Positions 49,901 through 60,719 of a stretch of DNA of 64,000 nt are shown here, piece by piece. Below the pieces are notes generated by a model that ran no database searches, was not told the DNA's origin, and saw nothing but the letters and a program-made list of their open reading frames with translations. The stretch's first letter is position 1; each line of letters opens with the position of its first letter. This DNA comes from Takakia lepidozioides (taxonomy: Eukaryota > Plantae > Bryophyta): assembly GCA_030704615.1 (NCBI GenBank), contig CM060731.1, positions 96,038,001 through 96,102,000 of the forward strand. Direction: 5' to 3'. The position numbers and the translations under genes are program-made.

Positions 49901-50330
49901 CCCTCCCACGGATTTGGGCGTTTCCGACACTCGTAAGACCTCGCCACCATTCCCACATGGCAGCGTGACTACTCTTTTGCGGCCATCTACGACCGCTCCG
50001 GATTTGCTCAAAAAGGTCATCCCCAAAATGAGATCCACTCCATCGATCTCGCAGATGGTGAAGTTCTCACGTCCCTCCCAACTCCCCATTGAAGAGGAAC
50101 ATCAAACGCCAACCTTGTCGCCATCTGTGGTTCTCCTTTGGCAGAACCCACCTCAATAGAGGCCCCCACGTCACTTGTCGGGAGTCCCAACTTTCGCGCC
50201 GCCGTCGGCGTCATGAAGGAGTGCGACGCTCCTATGTCCACCAACAACGACAGGTTAGTTCCGGATATTATCCCATCCACGAACAATAACTGACTCCCTT
50301 TACGCAGGGCGCCAGTTTCCTGATACAACT
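46956..50330 (-). pseudogene. Chromovirus pol: protease, RT, RNase H, integrase, chromodomain (frameshifted)
   Basis: LLVDIGASHSF; [12 protein letters not shown]; TDASDFAIGG; SMDF, DRD, TDGQTER, GPF; chromodomain EYEVEAILKSR..EYLVKWKGY..EASW. Confidence 0.93.
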
Positions 50331-51510
50331 CACAAGAATAGTTGCCTACCTTGCAAGTCCTGGCGACCACCGCTTCCACCAAGCGACTGATGGTATCTTC
50401 CGACAGCTCCGTGGTTGCCCGAGTCATGTTCAATTGTCGAGGTTTCGTGCACTTCTTGGCCATGTGCCCGGGCTCCCCGCAATTGAAACACACTCCATCA
50501 AAGGTCGCCTTCTGTCCGCCATAAGCCGCTCCACCCGCTTTTCCTTTCGAAGCACCGGGTGCCGCCTTGACGTGTGAAGGCCCTACCTTCGATTTCCACG
50601 TGCCATTGTCGCCGCGTGGCCTATCCCACTTCTTTTCCGATCGGAAGGAGTCACCTTCCCGCCGGGTCTTCTTGTGGTTCAGCTCCGTACGGCCTTGTCT
50701 CTCACACCTAGGGACATCCGAGAAACATTCAGCCCTCTCAATTGCCTGTTCAAAGTCTTGGGTGGCTTCTCCTCCAACTTCCGCCTGGCCCATGGGGCCA
50801 GTCCCGCCACAAAGTTGAAGACCATTTCCGGTTCTGCCATGTCCGCGACTTCGAGCAAAAGCACATTGAAAGCCTGGACATATCCCCGAATGTCGTCTAT
50901 TTGCTTCAAATTCCTCATCTTGTCCCGGGCAAGCCAGGACGCGTTGAGAGGCACAAACTGTCTCTTCATCAATTCCTTGAACCCACTCCAGTTCAAGGTT
51001 TCCGGGCTTGGACCTCGGTCGTGAAGACGTTTCTGCCACCATTGTTGAGCATAGCCCCTCAAATAGGTGGGAGCCACTTCCACCCGATCCTCGTCACTCA
51101 ACTTGGCCGCCCGGAAGTACTGCTCTAGCTCCAGGAGCCAGGTGTTGAATGCCTTCCGATTTCGGACGCCCTCGAAGGTGCCAGGTTCCTTAGGCTTCAC
51201 CTTAAACTTTGCCTTAGTGGAAGTGGCATTAGCCACCTTCAACACGTCTTTCAACGTCCCGCCAAACTGCGCCAACAACCCTTCCCAAAAGGCTGCCGGC
51301 ATGGGAGGCATCTCTTGGTTTGTCGGAGCTCTCAAGGATTCCTCGGGCTCCGACTCCTCGGATTCCTCCCGCTCTTGAGCGGCCTCGTTTTCGGAAACAT
51401 GCATCGCTTCCTCAAACGGCCGCCTCGGTGACGCGTCGCCCCCATCGGGCTCACCAGGATCATCATCTTTTGGGCCGTTCCGCTTTCGGTTTGGCTTGCC
51501 CGACCTCATG
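50330..51510 (-). pseudogene. Chromovirus gag with CCHC knuckle (one frameshift)
   Basis: KEPGTFEG...WLLELEQYF...YLRGYAQQWW; CFNCGEPGHMAKKC. Confidence 0.9.
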
Positions 51511-51549
51511 ATGAGGCCAATCCCAAGGACGACCATGTACTGAACTCTA

Positions 51550-51562
51550 AGCTCTGATACCA
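51550..51562 (-). promoter_or_regulatory. Primer-binding site (tRNA-iMet)
   Basis: TGGTATCAGAGCT on the minus strand, next to the 5' LTR. Repeated at ~57229-57241. Confidence 0.9.
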
Positions 51563-52292
51563 AGTGTCGCGCACCTCACTTCGGTAAGCTCCCCCTCAGG
51601 TCATAGTTACTCGCTTTGATGCGCGCGCCTGACTCCCAACCTGGCCGCCGGGCCAACTTGGAGCTTCGGCTGCTCACCGGGGCATAACGGTCCCCCTTTG
51701 TTCTCCCAAAGAACCCTCCACCGATTTGGAACCAGCGGGAATTCCCTTTGGTAGTTGGCAGTCCGGAACAGCTCCCCACTCTTTGGTCGCTTTCCGGCTC
51801 GCTCGCTTACTCACTAGTTTTTGGTCACCAACGGGTTTGCACCGTTCTCGGGGTTACTACTCCCTATATATACTTCTGTAGCTGTCTGCGGGGGTTTCAC
51901 AATCAGCCATGCCATTTTATGGCGAACCACCACGAAAACCCTCGACTCCCGGTGATGAGTCGCGGTGAGTCTTTGGCCCACTCACCACGGCCCCTATGGA
52001 CCGTGATGAGTCCCAAGACTCCCCATGACTCCCACCACGAGGTCTCCGCCCCCATGGTGAGTCCTATGCCACCCCCACTAAGTCCCGCTAAGCTACCACC
52101 ACCCCTTGTGGAGCCACCCCCACCGCAACCCGGTGTGCGGGGCTCCACCTAGTGAGCTCCTCCGCTTCCCTGAGTGCCTTGGGCACTCAAGGGTGCTTCA
52201 GCCCCCCATACCTATCGCTGCCGCTGCCCCCACCACAGGGGCAGCCCCTCATGTGTCCCGACCCCCTGCCCTCAAGGCAAAGGGCCGCGACA

Positions 52293-55200
52293 TCTTGCCA
52301 CCGCATTCTCTGTGGCCTTCCCTCTTGTGGCAAGGACAACCACACATCCACCGTCATCCAGGAGCATCCCCGCCAGCCCAAACCCGGCTTTCCTGTAGTC
52401 CTCAGTAAACCTGTTCCAATTGGGCACACCATCCAGGCCCTCTAGCAGCTCCCCATCTGGAATGTCGAGGAGAATTATATCGCAAGCTCTCTCCACCTCA
52501 ACCCCCCCCCCCCCCCGAGTGCTCTTGCAATCCGTGCTCATAGCCGTGAAGAATTCCATCATGGCTTCAAAACCAGGGGTGTCTTTAGGCTCTGTACCGG
52601 CAGCCCTCTTCTTGGCTTTCCCCTTCTGCTCCGCCAGAGACTTGCTGTGTGTCACCTTCTTCGCCCTGGCAGCGAGAGCGTCAAGGAAGCTCTCATTGAC
52701 GCATTGGATGATGGTTGGAGGTTCTAGCTTTGGCCTGTGCGTAAACGTCACCGCCGAATACCGCCGTGTAGGCTCGCCCTCAAATGCCAATTTCTTGGCA
52801 GAGCCAGTCCCACTCCGAACTGACTTGGGAACCCGGACGACCGGTGACTTGGTAGCAGCAGCAGCAGTCGCAGGACCTTGAACAAAGTCGTCGTCCGAGT
52901 CACTCCCTTGGGTCCCCTCTTGCACCTCCTCCGATGCCCCGATGGTTTTCTTTTTTTTGGGTGTTACTGTACTCACCTGTTTCCTTGTCCTTTTCCTTTG
53001 GCCTTTATTCTTCTCATTCAATTTCTCCTGAAATCCTGCCTGAGCAAGCTCTGCCGCTTTCCTGGAGTTCGCAAGCGCTTTTGACTCTCTTGGACCCAGC
53101 GGAGGCAGCGGAGCCCGGTTTCGTCGGGCCTCAGCATCCAGCTTCAATTGAAACTCGGATGGGTCGAGGGAGCCGGGCGGAAGGTCCACATACCAAGGGC
53201 AATCACGCAAATGTTCCAGATGCACGTCAGTGTACATGGAGTCAGCCCCAGGGTTCCTCCATGCGAGGAAGAATGGTGGCTCGAAAGACAGATGACCTTT
53301 CTCCAAAAGGGAGAACTTGCAGTACCTGCATTCATGAAAAACACAGAATGAGGTCCTTGAACTGGAAATTCGGCACCATTTTCCCAGGTTGGGGCGGAAC
53401 TGACTGGGCCTAGAACTGGAAAAAATGGCGCTGAATTTCGGTTTTCGGTGCCAGCCACCCTAGGGACTTAGCCATTTTGGGAGCCCAGAACTGGAAATTC
53501 GGCGCCATTTTCCCAGGTCCAGGCCGAAAATGGCTAAGTCCCTGAACTGACTGGCCCTGGAATTGGAAAAATGGCGCCGAATTTCGGTTTTCGATGCCAG
53601 CCACCCTAGGGACTTAGCCATTTTGGGAGCCCTGAACTGGAAATTCGGCGCCATTTTCCCAAGTCCGGTCCAAAAATGGCTAAGTCCCTGAACTGACTGG
53701 CCCTGGAATTGGAAAAATGGCGCCGAATTTTGGTTTTCGGTGCCAGCCACCCTAGGGACTTGGCCATTTTGGGAGCCCTGAACTGGAAATTTGGCGCCAT
53801 TTTCCCAGGTCCGGCCCGAAAATGGCTAAGTCCCAGAACTGACTGGGCCTTGAACTGGAAAAATGGCGCCGAATTTTGGTTTTCGGTGCCAGCCACTCTA
53901 GGGACTTAGCCATTTTGGGAGCCCTGGACTGGAAATTCGGCGCCATTTTTCCAAGGACCAATTTTTATGCGCCACATGAGGCCTCTAACATCCTTAAATG
54001 CAAGGACTTGAAAGGAAGGCATCGCGTATGTACCTGTACAGAAGGCGCATTGCTGCTTTGTCCGCGTTCGGCTGGTCGGTGAACTCGTGGCTCCGGCGGG
54101 CATGGGGTATCTCCCGAAAGAATAGGTCAGTTTTGTACAACAGAAAGTACCTCGTCACATAGTCGCGTAGGCTCTCTGCTGCAGGAGAAATCTCCATCTT
54201 GAACTGATGTGCTTGTGTGTCCAGCTGCTCTTGCGCATTCGTCGTCACCTGTGGAGATTCTCCATCAGATCGCTTTCCTCAAAAAATACAAGGAATCCAC
54301 CCCCTAAAGAGTAGAAGCACCAAACGAAGCGTGGGGAAGTACCTGAAACCACCATGTCATGCGGTTCATCCACATGTCGAATGTGGGGTCAGACAGTTTG
54401 TCCGGTTTGGGGAAGCTCCACATGTCCCTTGTACTTTGGGAGCCATTCCAGATTTGGAGCCACCGGGTCTGTCCAACCACCCAGCATATTCGTAAGTGCC
54501 AAACACCACAAAAACGAGTTGTTGCCACCACAATTTGGTTAAGAATGTATCACCTTTTCTGTTGCATCCACACAGGATGTGGCTAGCCGATGGAGCTTCT
54601 CCAATGTCATCGTGGGCTTCAGAGCGCGGGAGTAGTGCTTCCCCACCTCCACCAGAAAGTCGGCACCAAGGGCGGGATCAGCTATGGCCACGTACTTTAC
54701 CATCCGCGACTTGTACTTTATGCGGGCCCTGGCCTCCACAGCTTTGACATACGATTCGAGTGCCGGGAGGGTTAGATTCTTCTCCTCTGACTCCATGTAG
54801 AACCTCCGCGCATGTGCCAAATCCTGCTGAATTTTTGTCTGTCAAGAATGCGCACATAAGATTAGAGATCCTGCTCAACACTTTTTCTTCTATTGGGGGA
54901 GGAGAGACAGATTAGCTCAACAAAACAGTCAGGAGCTTTACCCGAAATATGTAGTCCACCATGGCGTCCATGCTCAGCCTATACCAGGTTCTGTCTGCCT
55001 TTGCCTTCGACTTGCGCAGGAGGTCGACACTGAGCAAATTGGCAAACTCTTGCACCCCCTACTTCCCGACATCCTTCACTCGGAAGAGCATATGGGACAA
55101 GTTGGTGGCAATGAAGGCATTCTCAGTCACCCTGCAATGCCACATTTCCATCAAACAATACTGAAATGGGAATTTTCAACAAATATGAGGATTCGCAATG

Positions 55201-55774
55201 AAATGACTTACAAATTTTGGGTCCAAAAGTAAGAGGCATTGTAACTTACGAGTTGATGTCCGCCATTGCAGCTTTGAGAAGACTGCGATCTTTTGGCCCC
55301 GCAACCTTCAGCACAACACACTCCACGGCGAAATGCCAATCGAGGTCGTTGGGGTGGGCTTTGGCTATGTGCTCCATCCATGCTAGGAGGCGATGATTGT
55401 CGTCCCACACGTAAAACATCTTTCCGGACAAGTGCTGGAAAAGAGGATCAGTAGCAATCGATCTCTCGAACTCCTCATTTCGCCTTTGCCAATGGGGACC
55501 CCATTTGTCCACCTCATCGGAAGTGTGGGCACGAGAAGCTCCGTGGTCGTTCTCAATGGAAACGTAAAACGCGGCAGACCCCATTCGATATCCATCCCGG
55601 AAAGAGAATTTTAGCTTGTCGATATCGCCTGGGAGGGCAGGTCTCACCACCTGCAATGACACCAAGCGGCAAAGGGGAATTCGAAGCTTGGCTGGGTACA
55701 CCATGCCCCCCAGCACCCTGCCAATGTTGCTGTGGGTTGCCTCCAACATCTTGGCAGCGGCCAACTTCATATCC
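52293..55774 (-). pseudogene. Copy C cargo gene, ParB exon to MTase motif IV exon
   Basis: ORF 52272-53306 is an open 344-aa version of the exon that is frameshifted in copies A and B (IILLDIPDG). The ParB motif reads DDNHRLLA here. Confidence 0.85.
53355..53955. repeat. Intronic tandem array of copy C, 146-bp unit (~4 copies)
   Basis: TAGGGACT at 53461, 53607 and 53753. Each unit has two opposed AAATTCGGCGCCATTTT motifs. Confidence 0.9.
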
Positions 55775-55776
55775 AG

Positions 55777-57962
55777 TTGAAGAGGAACATCGAATGCCAA
55801 CCTTGTCGCCAATTGTGGTTCTCCTTTAGCAGAACCCACCTCAATAGAGGCCCCCACGTCACTTGTCGGGAGTCCCAACTTTCGCGCCGCCGCCGGCGTC
55901 TTGAAGGAGTGCGACGCTCCTGTGTCCACCAACAACGACACGTTAGTTCCGGATATTATCCCATCCACGAACAATAACTGACTCCCTTTACGCAGGGCGC
56001 CAGTTTCCTGATACAACTCACAAGAATAGTTGCCTACCTTGCAAGTCTTGGCGACCACCGCTTCCACCAAGCGACTGATGGTATCTTCCGACAGCCCCGT
56101 GGTTGCCCGAGTCATGTTCAATTGTCGAGGTTTCGTGCACTTCTTGGCCATGTGCCCGGGCTCCCTGCAATTGAAACACACTCCATCAAAGGTCGCCTTC
56201 TGTCCGCCATAGGCCGCTCCACCCGCTTTTCCTTTCGAAGCACCGGGTGCCGCCTTGACTTGTGATGGCCCTCCCTTCGATTTCCACGTGCCATTGTCGC
56301 CGCGTGGCCTATCCCACTTCTTTTCCGGTCGGAAGGAGTCACCTTCCCGCCGGGTCTTCTTGTGGTTCAGCTCCGTACGGCCTTGTCTTTCACCCCTAGG
56401 GACATCTGAGAAACATTCAGCCCTCTCAATTGCCTCGTTCAAAGTCTTAGGTGGCTTCTCCTCCAACTTCCGCCTGGCCCATGGGGCCAGTCCCGCCACA
56501 AAGTTGAAGACCATTTCCGGTTCTGCCATGTCCGCGACTTCGAGCAAAAGCACATTGAAAGCCTGGACATATCCCCGAATGTCGTCTATTTGCTTCAAAT
56601 TCCTCATCTTGTCCCGGGCAAGCCAAGACGCATTGAGGGGCACAAACTGTCTCTTCATCAATTCCTTCAACCCGCTCCATTTCAAGGTTTCCGGGCTTGG
56701 ACCTCGGTCGTGAAGCGTTTCTGCCACCATTGTTGAGCATAGCCCCTCAAATAGGTGGGAGCCACTTCCACCCGATCCTCGTCACTCAACTAGGAGCCAG
56801 GTGTTGAGTGCCTTCCGATTTCGGACGCCCTCGAAGGTGCCGGGTTCCTTAGGCTTCACAACTTTGCCTTAGTGGAAGTGGCATTAGCCGCCTTCAACAC
56901 ATCTTTCAACGTCCCGCCAAAGTGCGCCAACAACCCTTCCCAAAAGGCTGCCGGCATGGGAGGCATCTCTTGGTTTGTCGGAGCTCTCAAGGATTCCTCG
57001 GGCTCCGACTCCTCGGATTCCTCCCGCTCCGACTCCTCGGATTCCTCCCGCTCTTGAGCGGCCTCGTTTTCGGAAACATGCATCGCTTCCTCAAACGGCC
57101 ACCTCGGTGACACGTCGCCCCCATCGGGCTCACCAGGATAATCATCTTTTGGGCCGTTCCGCTTTCGGTTTGGCTTGCCCGACCCCATGATGAGGCCAAT
57201 CCCAAGGACGATCACGTACTGAACTCTAAGCTCTGATACCAAGTGTCGCGCACCTCACTTCGGTAAGCTCCCCCTCAGGTCATAGTTACTCGCTTTGATG
57301 CGCGCGCCTGACTCCCAACCTGGCCGCCGGGCCAACTTGGAGCTTCGGCTGCTCACTGGGGCATAACGGTCCCCCTTTGTTCTCCCAAAGAACCCTCCAC
57401 CGATTTGGAACCAACGGGAATTCCCTTTGGTAGTTGGCAGTCCGGAACAGCTCCCCACTCTTTGGTCGCTTTCCGGCTCGCTCGCTTACTCACTAGTTTT
57501 TGGTCACCAACGGGTTTGCACCGTTCTCGGGGTTACTACTCCCTATATATAGCTGTCCGCGGGGGTTTCACAATCAGCCATGCCATTTTATGGCGAACCA
57601 CCACGAAAACCCTCGACTCCCGGTGATGAGTCGCAGTGAGTCTTGGCCCACTCACCACGGCCCCTATGGACCGTGATGAGTCCCAAGACTCCCGACGACT
57701 CCCACCACGAGGTCTCCGCCCCCATGGTGAGTCCTATGCCACCCCCACTAAGTCCCGCTAAGCTACCACCACCCCTTGTGGAGCCACCCCCACCGCAACC
57801 CGGTGTGCGGGGCTCCACCTAGTGAGCTCCTCCGCTTCCCTGAGTGCCTTGGGCACTCAAGGGTGCTTCAGCCCCCCATACCTATCGCTGCCGCTGCCCC
57901 CACCACAGGGGCAGTCCCTCATGTGTCCCGACCCCCTGCCCTCAAGGCAAAGGGCCGCGACA
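55777..57962 (-). mobile_element. Truncated second chromovirus copy (5' LTR 57244-57962, PBS, gag, partial protease)
   Basis: Near-identical to 50089-52292. Ends abruptly in the protease at the junction with copy C. Confidence 0.93.
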
Positions 57963-58860
57963 CCTTCTCACTACCCTGACCAAAGAAACCAACAAACAAG
58001 CGACGGCCTCTCTCAGCCACACCAAACAACATATCCAAAAATGGACTCAATCCACTGTACTCCACCATAAACTATCCAACTACTTCTGGCACACCCAAGC
58101 CTCATCAGATGTTCAAATAAAAAAAACCCTAAAATTCAGATACGTCCAGTACATGGGCCACCAGCGTAAACACACCTTCTGGCCCAACTCCTACCCATCC
58201 CCCAACTGCCCACTCTGCTCCCACATCCACGCGGCAAGCGATACATGGCCTCATCTTCTTAGCAAATGCCCCCACCCCGTCATCCACGGGCTCCGTATTT
58301 CTAGACGCAATCAGGCCGTATGGCATATCCACAAACTTCTATTAAAACGCAATGAAACCAGATGGTTTTCACTCATCAATGCTGGCACTTACCAAGGTAG
58401 ACCCCCTGACCATACGGTGCCTACTTGGCTCCTCCCGTGTATCTGCCAACCCCACGCATCCTGCACATGCTGCCAGACTCTGCCCCGACATCTTACTAGT
58501 TCAAAGACTTCCAATAAATGCTTCCCCACCCACTAACCCTAACCTAGCCCTCACCATCCACTTCATCGAATTTACATTTTGCCATGACCACTTCCCCACT
58601 CCACCCTTGAAAAACGCCAGATCCTGGCTATCCGCCAACGCGGTTGGAACACAGGCCCACTCACCGTCATCACTGCCGGCACTAGAGGAGGCATTCATAA
58701 TGACAGCATCCGTGCACTCCATAATAATTTTAAACTCCTAATCACCTCTATTCATAAATGTTTTAAAGCCATACACCTCACGGCACTCCGTTCGCTCACA
58801 GCTATTATTACCAACAAACGTCAACTTGAAGCCAATCCCCCCTCTACCTCCTAGATATTA
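57963..58860 (+). pseudogene. 3' fragment of a non-LTR retrotransposon with CCHC finger and restriction-like endonuclease
   Basis: CPLC..DTWPHLLSKC, RRNQAV (RH-N-like), CPDILLV...IHFIEFTFCHD (PD..E motif). Confidence 0.7.
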
Positions 58861-59069
58861 TGGGCACTAGGTTCGGCTGGGTACCCATGGGGTACGCCAG
58901 GAGTACCCTTGGGTACCATGCGGTACCCCCTGCCCACCAGGCACCCTCTTTCCGTCGGTCACTAGGTGTCCCCTGGACACAGGCTTTTATAGGGCCCACC
59001 CCTGAAAAGGGGCAATAGCTACAAGGCAAAGTGGCTCTTAGTTACCCCGGCCTTGGCCAGAGTCTTCTC

Positions 59070-60510
59070 TCTCTCACCCCTGAAGTGCGGAAGGACCTCG
59101 AGTTTATAGGCATTTGCAAGGATCTCTGGGTACAAGAGATCCCTGGGAGACATGACAAAGTGTTAATGCCGTTGGCACCTTATGTCTTAACTAAGGAGGA
59201 AAAGCAGGAATTTGTGCATGTCGTTCGTCGTTTTCAACCCCCTTCCAAGGTCGCCTCCAACATTCGCTGGGCTGCTAGTGAGACTGGGGAGCAGCTTGAT
59301 CTCCATCTACTAAAATTTCCTAATTTTCACATAATCATGGAGCACGTTCTGCCAGTGGCGATGAGAGGAGGATTGTTGCCCATGGGTCCACGAAAGGCAG
59401 TCCTAAGATTGAGCAAGTTGTTCCAGAGGATAAATAGCCAGGCTTTTAACCCAGCGGGTTTCGATGGAATGTTGGTTGACGAGGCAGAGACACTGTGCTT
59501 GATTGAAAGGAGTTTCCCCCAACCTTTTTGAACCCCACCACGCACCTCGTGTACCACTTGGTTGGAGAGATCGTCATATGTGGACCAGTTCATATAAGAT
59601 CCATGTTTCCCATAGAGAGGTACTTAAAGATTCTGAAGGGATGCGTGCAACAACTAGCTGCTTGACCTGAAGGTAGCATGGCTGAGCATACTGTCTCAAT
59701 GAGGCCCTGGGATTTGTGAAGGAGCACATGCCAAGGACGCCAGGGTTGGTATACAGAAGAATTTGGGAAGAGAATGGGGATCCAAGAGAGGAAGGTGTCG
59801 TTCTTGAGAGACACGGTTCTAGAAAACGGAGGTTGACAGATCATTGAACTGCGACTTGCCAATATGTTTGTGTGGGAGAACACACCTGAGATGCAACCAT
59901 GGATCATGTATGTGAACAACATTGCATCTAGGTACTACTTTTCATGTTTCTTGGTAGCTCTTTGGCGAGGTAGAGAAACTCCAAAGTGGGAAAGCTAGTA
60001 GAAAATAGTGTTTGTTTGCTGCACACTGCTCTTTCAGTTTTACAACAATTTTCAGCATGTATCTAATTTGTCCGTGTACACTTTCCAGACAATACCAAAC
60101 ACATTGTGAAAGGGTATCTAGGCTCAGGAGGGACTATGAAGCACAATGGCGTCGATCTCAAGGACAAGGGAACGATTGAGGTACCCAGATTATTTGCAGT
60201 AGGTAGTGCCCTTTGGCAATTGGATCGAGCCAACCATTCGTGATGCAATGACGCAGGGACAAGCTTGTTCTCCTGATCTAGTGGCTCTTGGTCTGGGCTG
60301 TCCGAGTGTGGCCACCTCTTTCCGTTCAATGTGGGTGAAAGGTAGCCATTACAGGGTGGAGAGGTTCGACAAGGAGAAAATGACGTGCGACTGTGTGGTG
60401 GTAGTGATTTTTACAACATAAAGCCATAGCAATGCTTGAGATGCAAACCCAGTCACTACTGACATTGATTATGTTGGGATCCTTGAAAGTATCAGGTCAA
60501 TCAAAATTGA
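59070..60510 (+). pseudogene. CACTA/EnSpm Tnp2 transposase remnant (DUF4218/DUF4216 regions)
   Basis: APYVLTKEEKQEF...HIIMEHVLPVAMRG...ETLCLIERSFP; MFPIERYLKILKG; GSHYRVE...TCDC. Confidence 0.82.
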
Positions 60511-60651
60511 TTCAAAGGGTGAACCCATCGTTCGATGTTCAAATGATTTTGGATTGCTTTCAATTTTTGCGAGTGTGTTGGACATAGACATACCTTCTCA
60601 TGAGTACCTGTCAATTATCAGGTCTATGAAAATTGGTTGAAAGGGTACACG

Positions 60652-60688
60652 GTTAAACCCCAAACTCTAAACCCTAAACCCTAAACCC
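60652..60688. repeat. Short plant telomere-type (AAACCCT)n tract
   Basis: AAACCCCAAACTCTAAACCCTAAACCCTAAACCC. Confidence 0.6.
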
Positions 60689-60719
60689 GTTTCAATTTCT
60701 TAATAGAAAATCCGGACCG

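Larger units (their letters stand above)
45323..52292 (-). mobile_element. Full-length Ty3/gypsy chromovirus, 728-bp LTRs, TSD TCTTG
   Basis: LTRs at 45323-46050 and 51565-52292 are nearly identical. TCTTG at 45318-45322 and 52293-52297. PBS TGGTATCAGAGC. PPT at 46051-46062. Confidence 0.97.
43797..55774 (-). mobile_element. MULE-ParB/MTase transposon copy C (right end to ParB exon), interrupted by a chromovirus and truncated
   Basis: Begins GGGAGCTGCTATTTCATGAGCGGCATGAG. 43797-45322 and 52293-55774 are collinear with the reverse complement of copy B 28403-~23192. Confidence 0.92.

Noticed and set aside
60652-60688. True telomere or healed chromosome end
   Set aside because: Only a few imperfect units, internal to TE debris.
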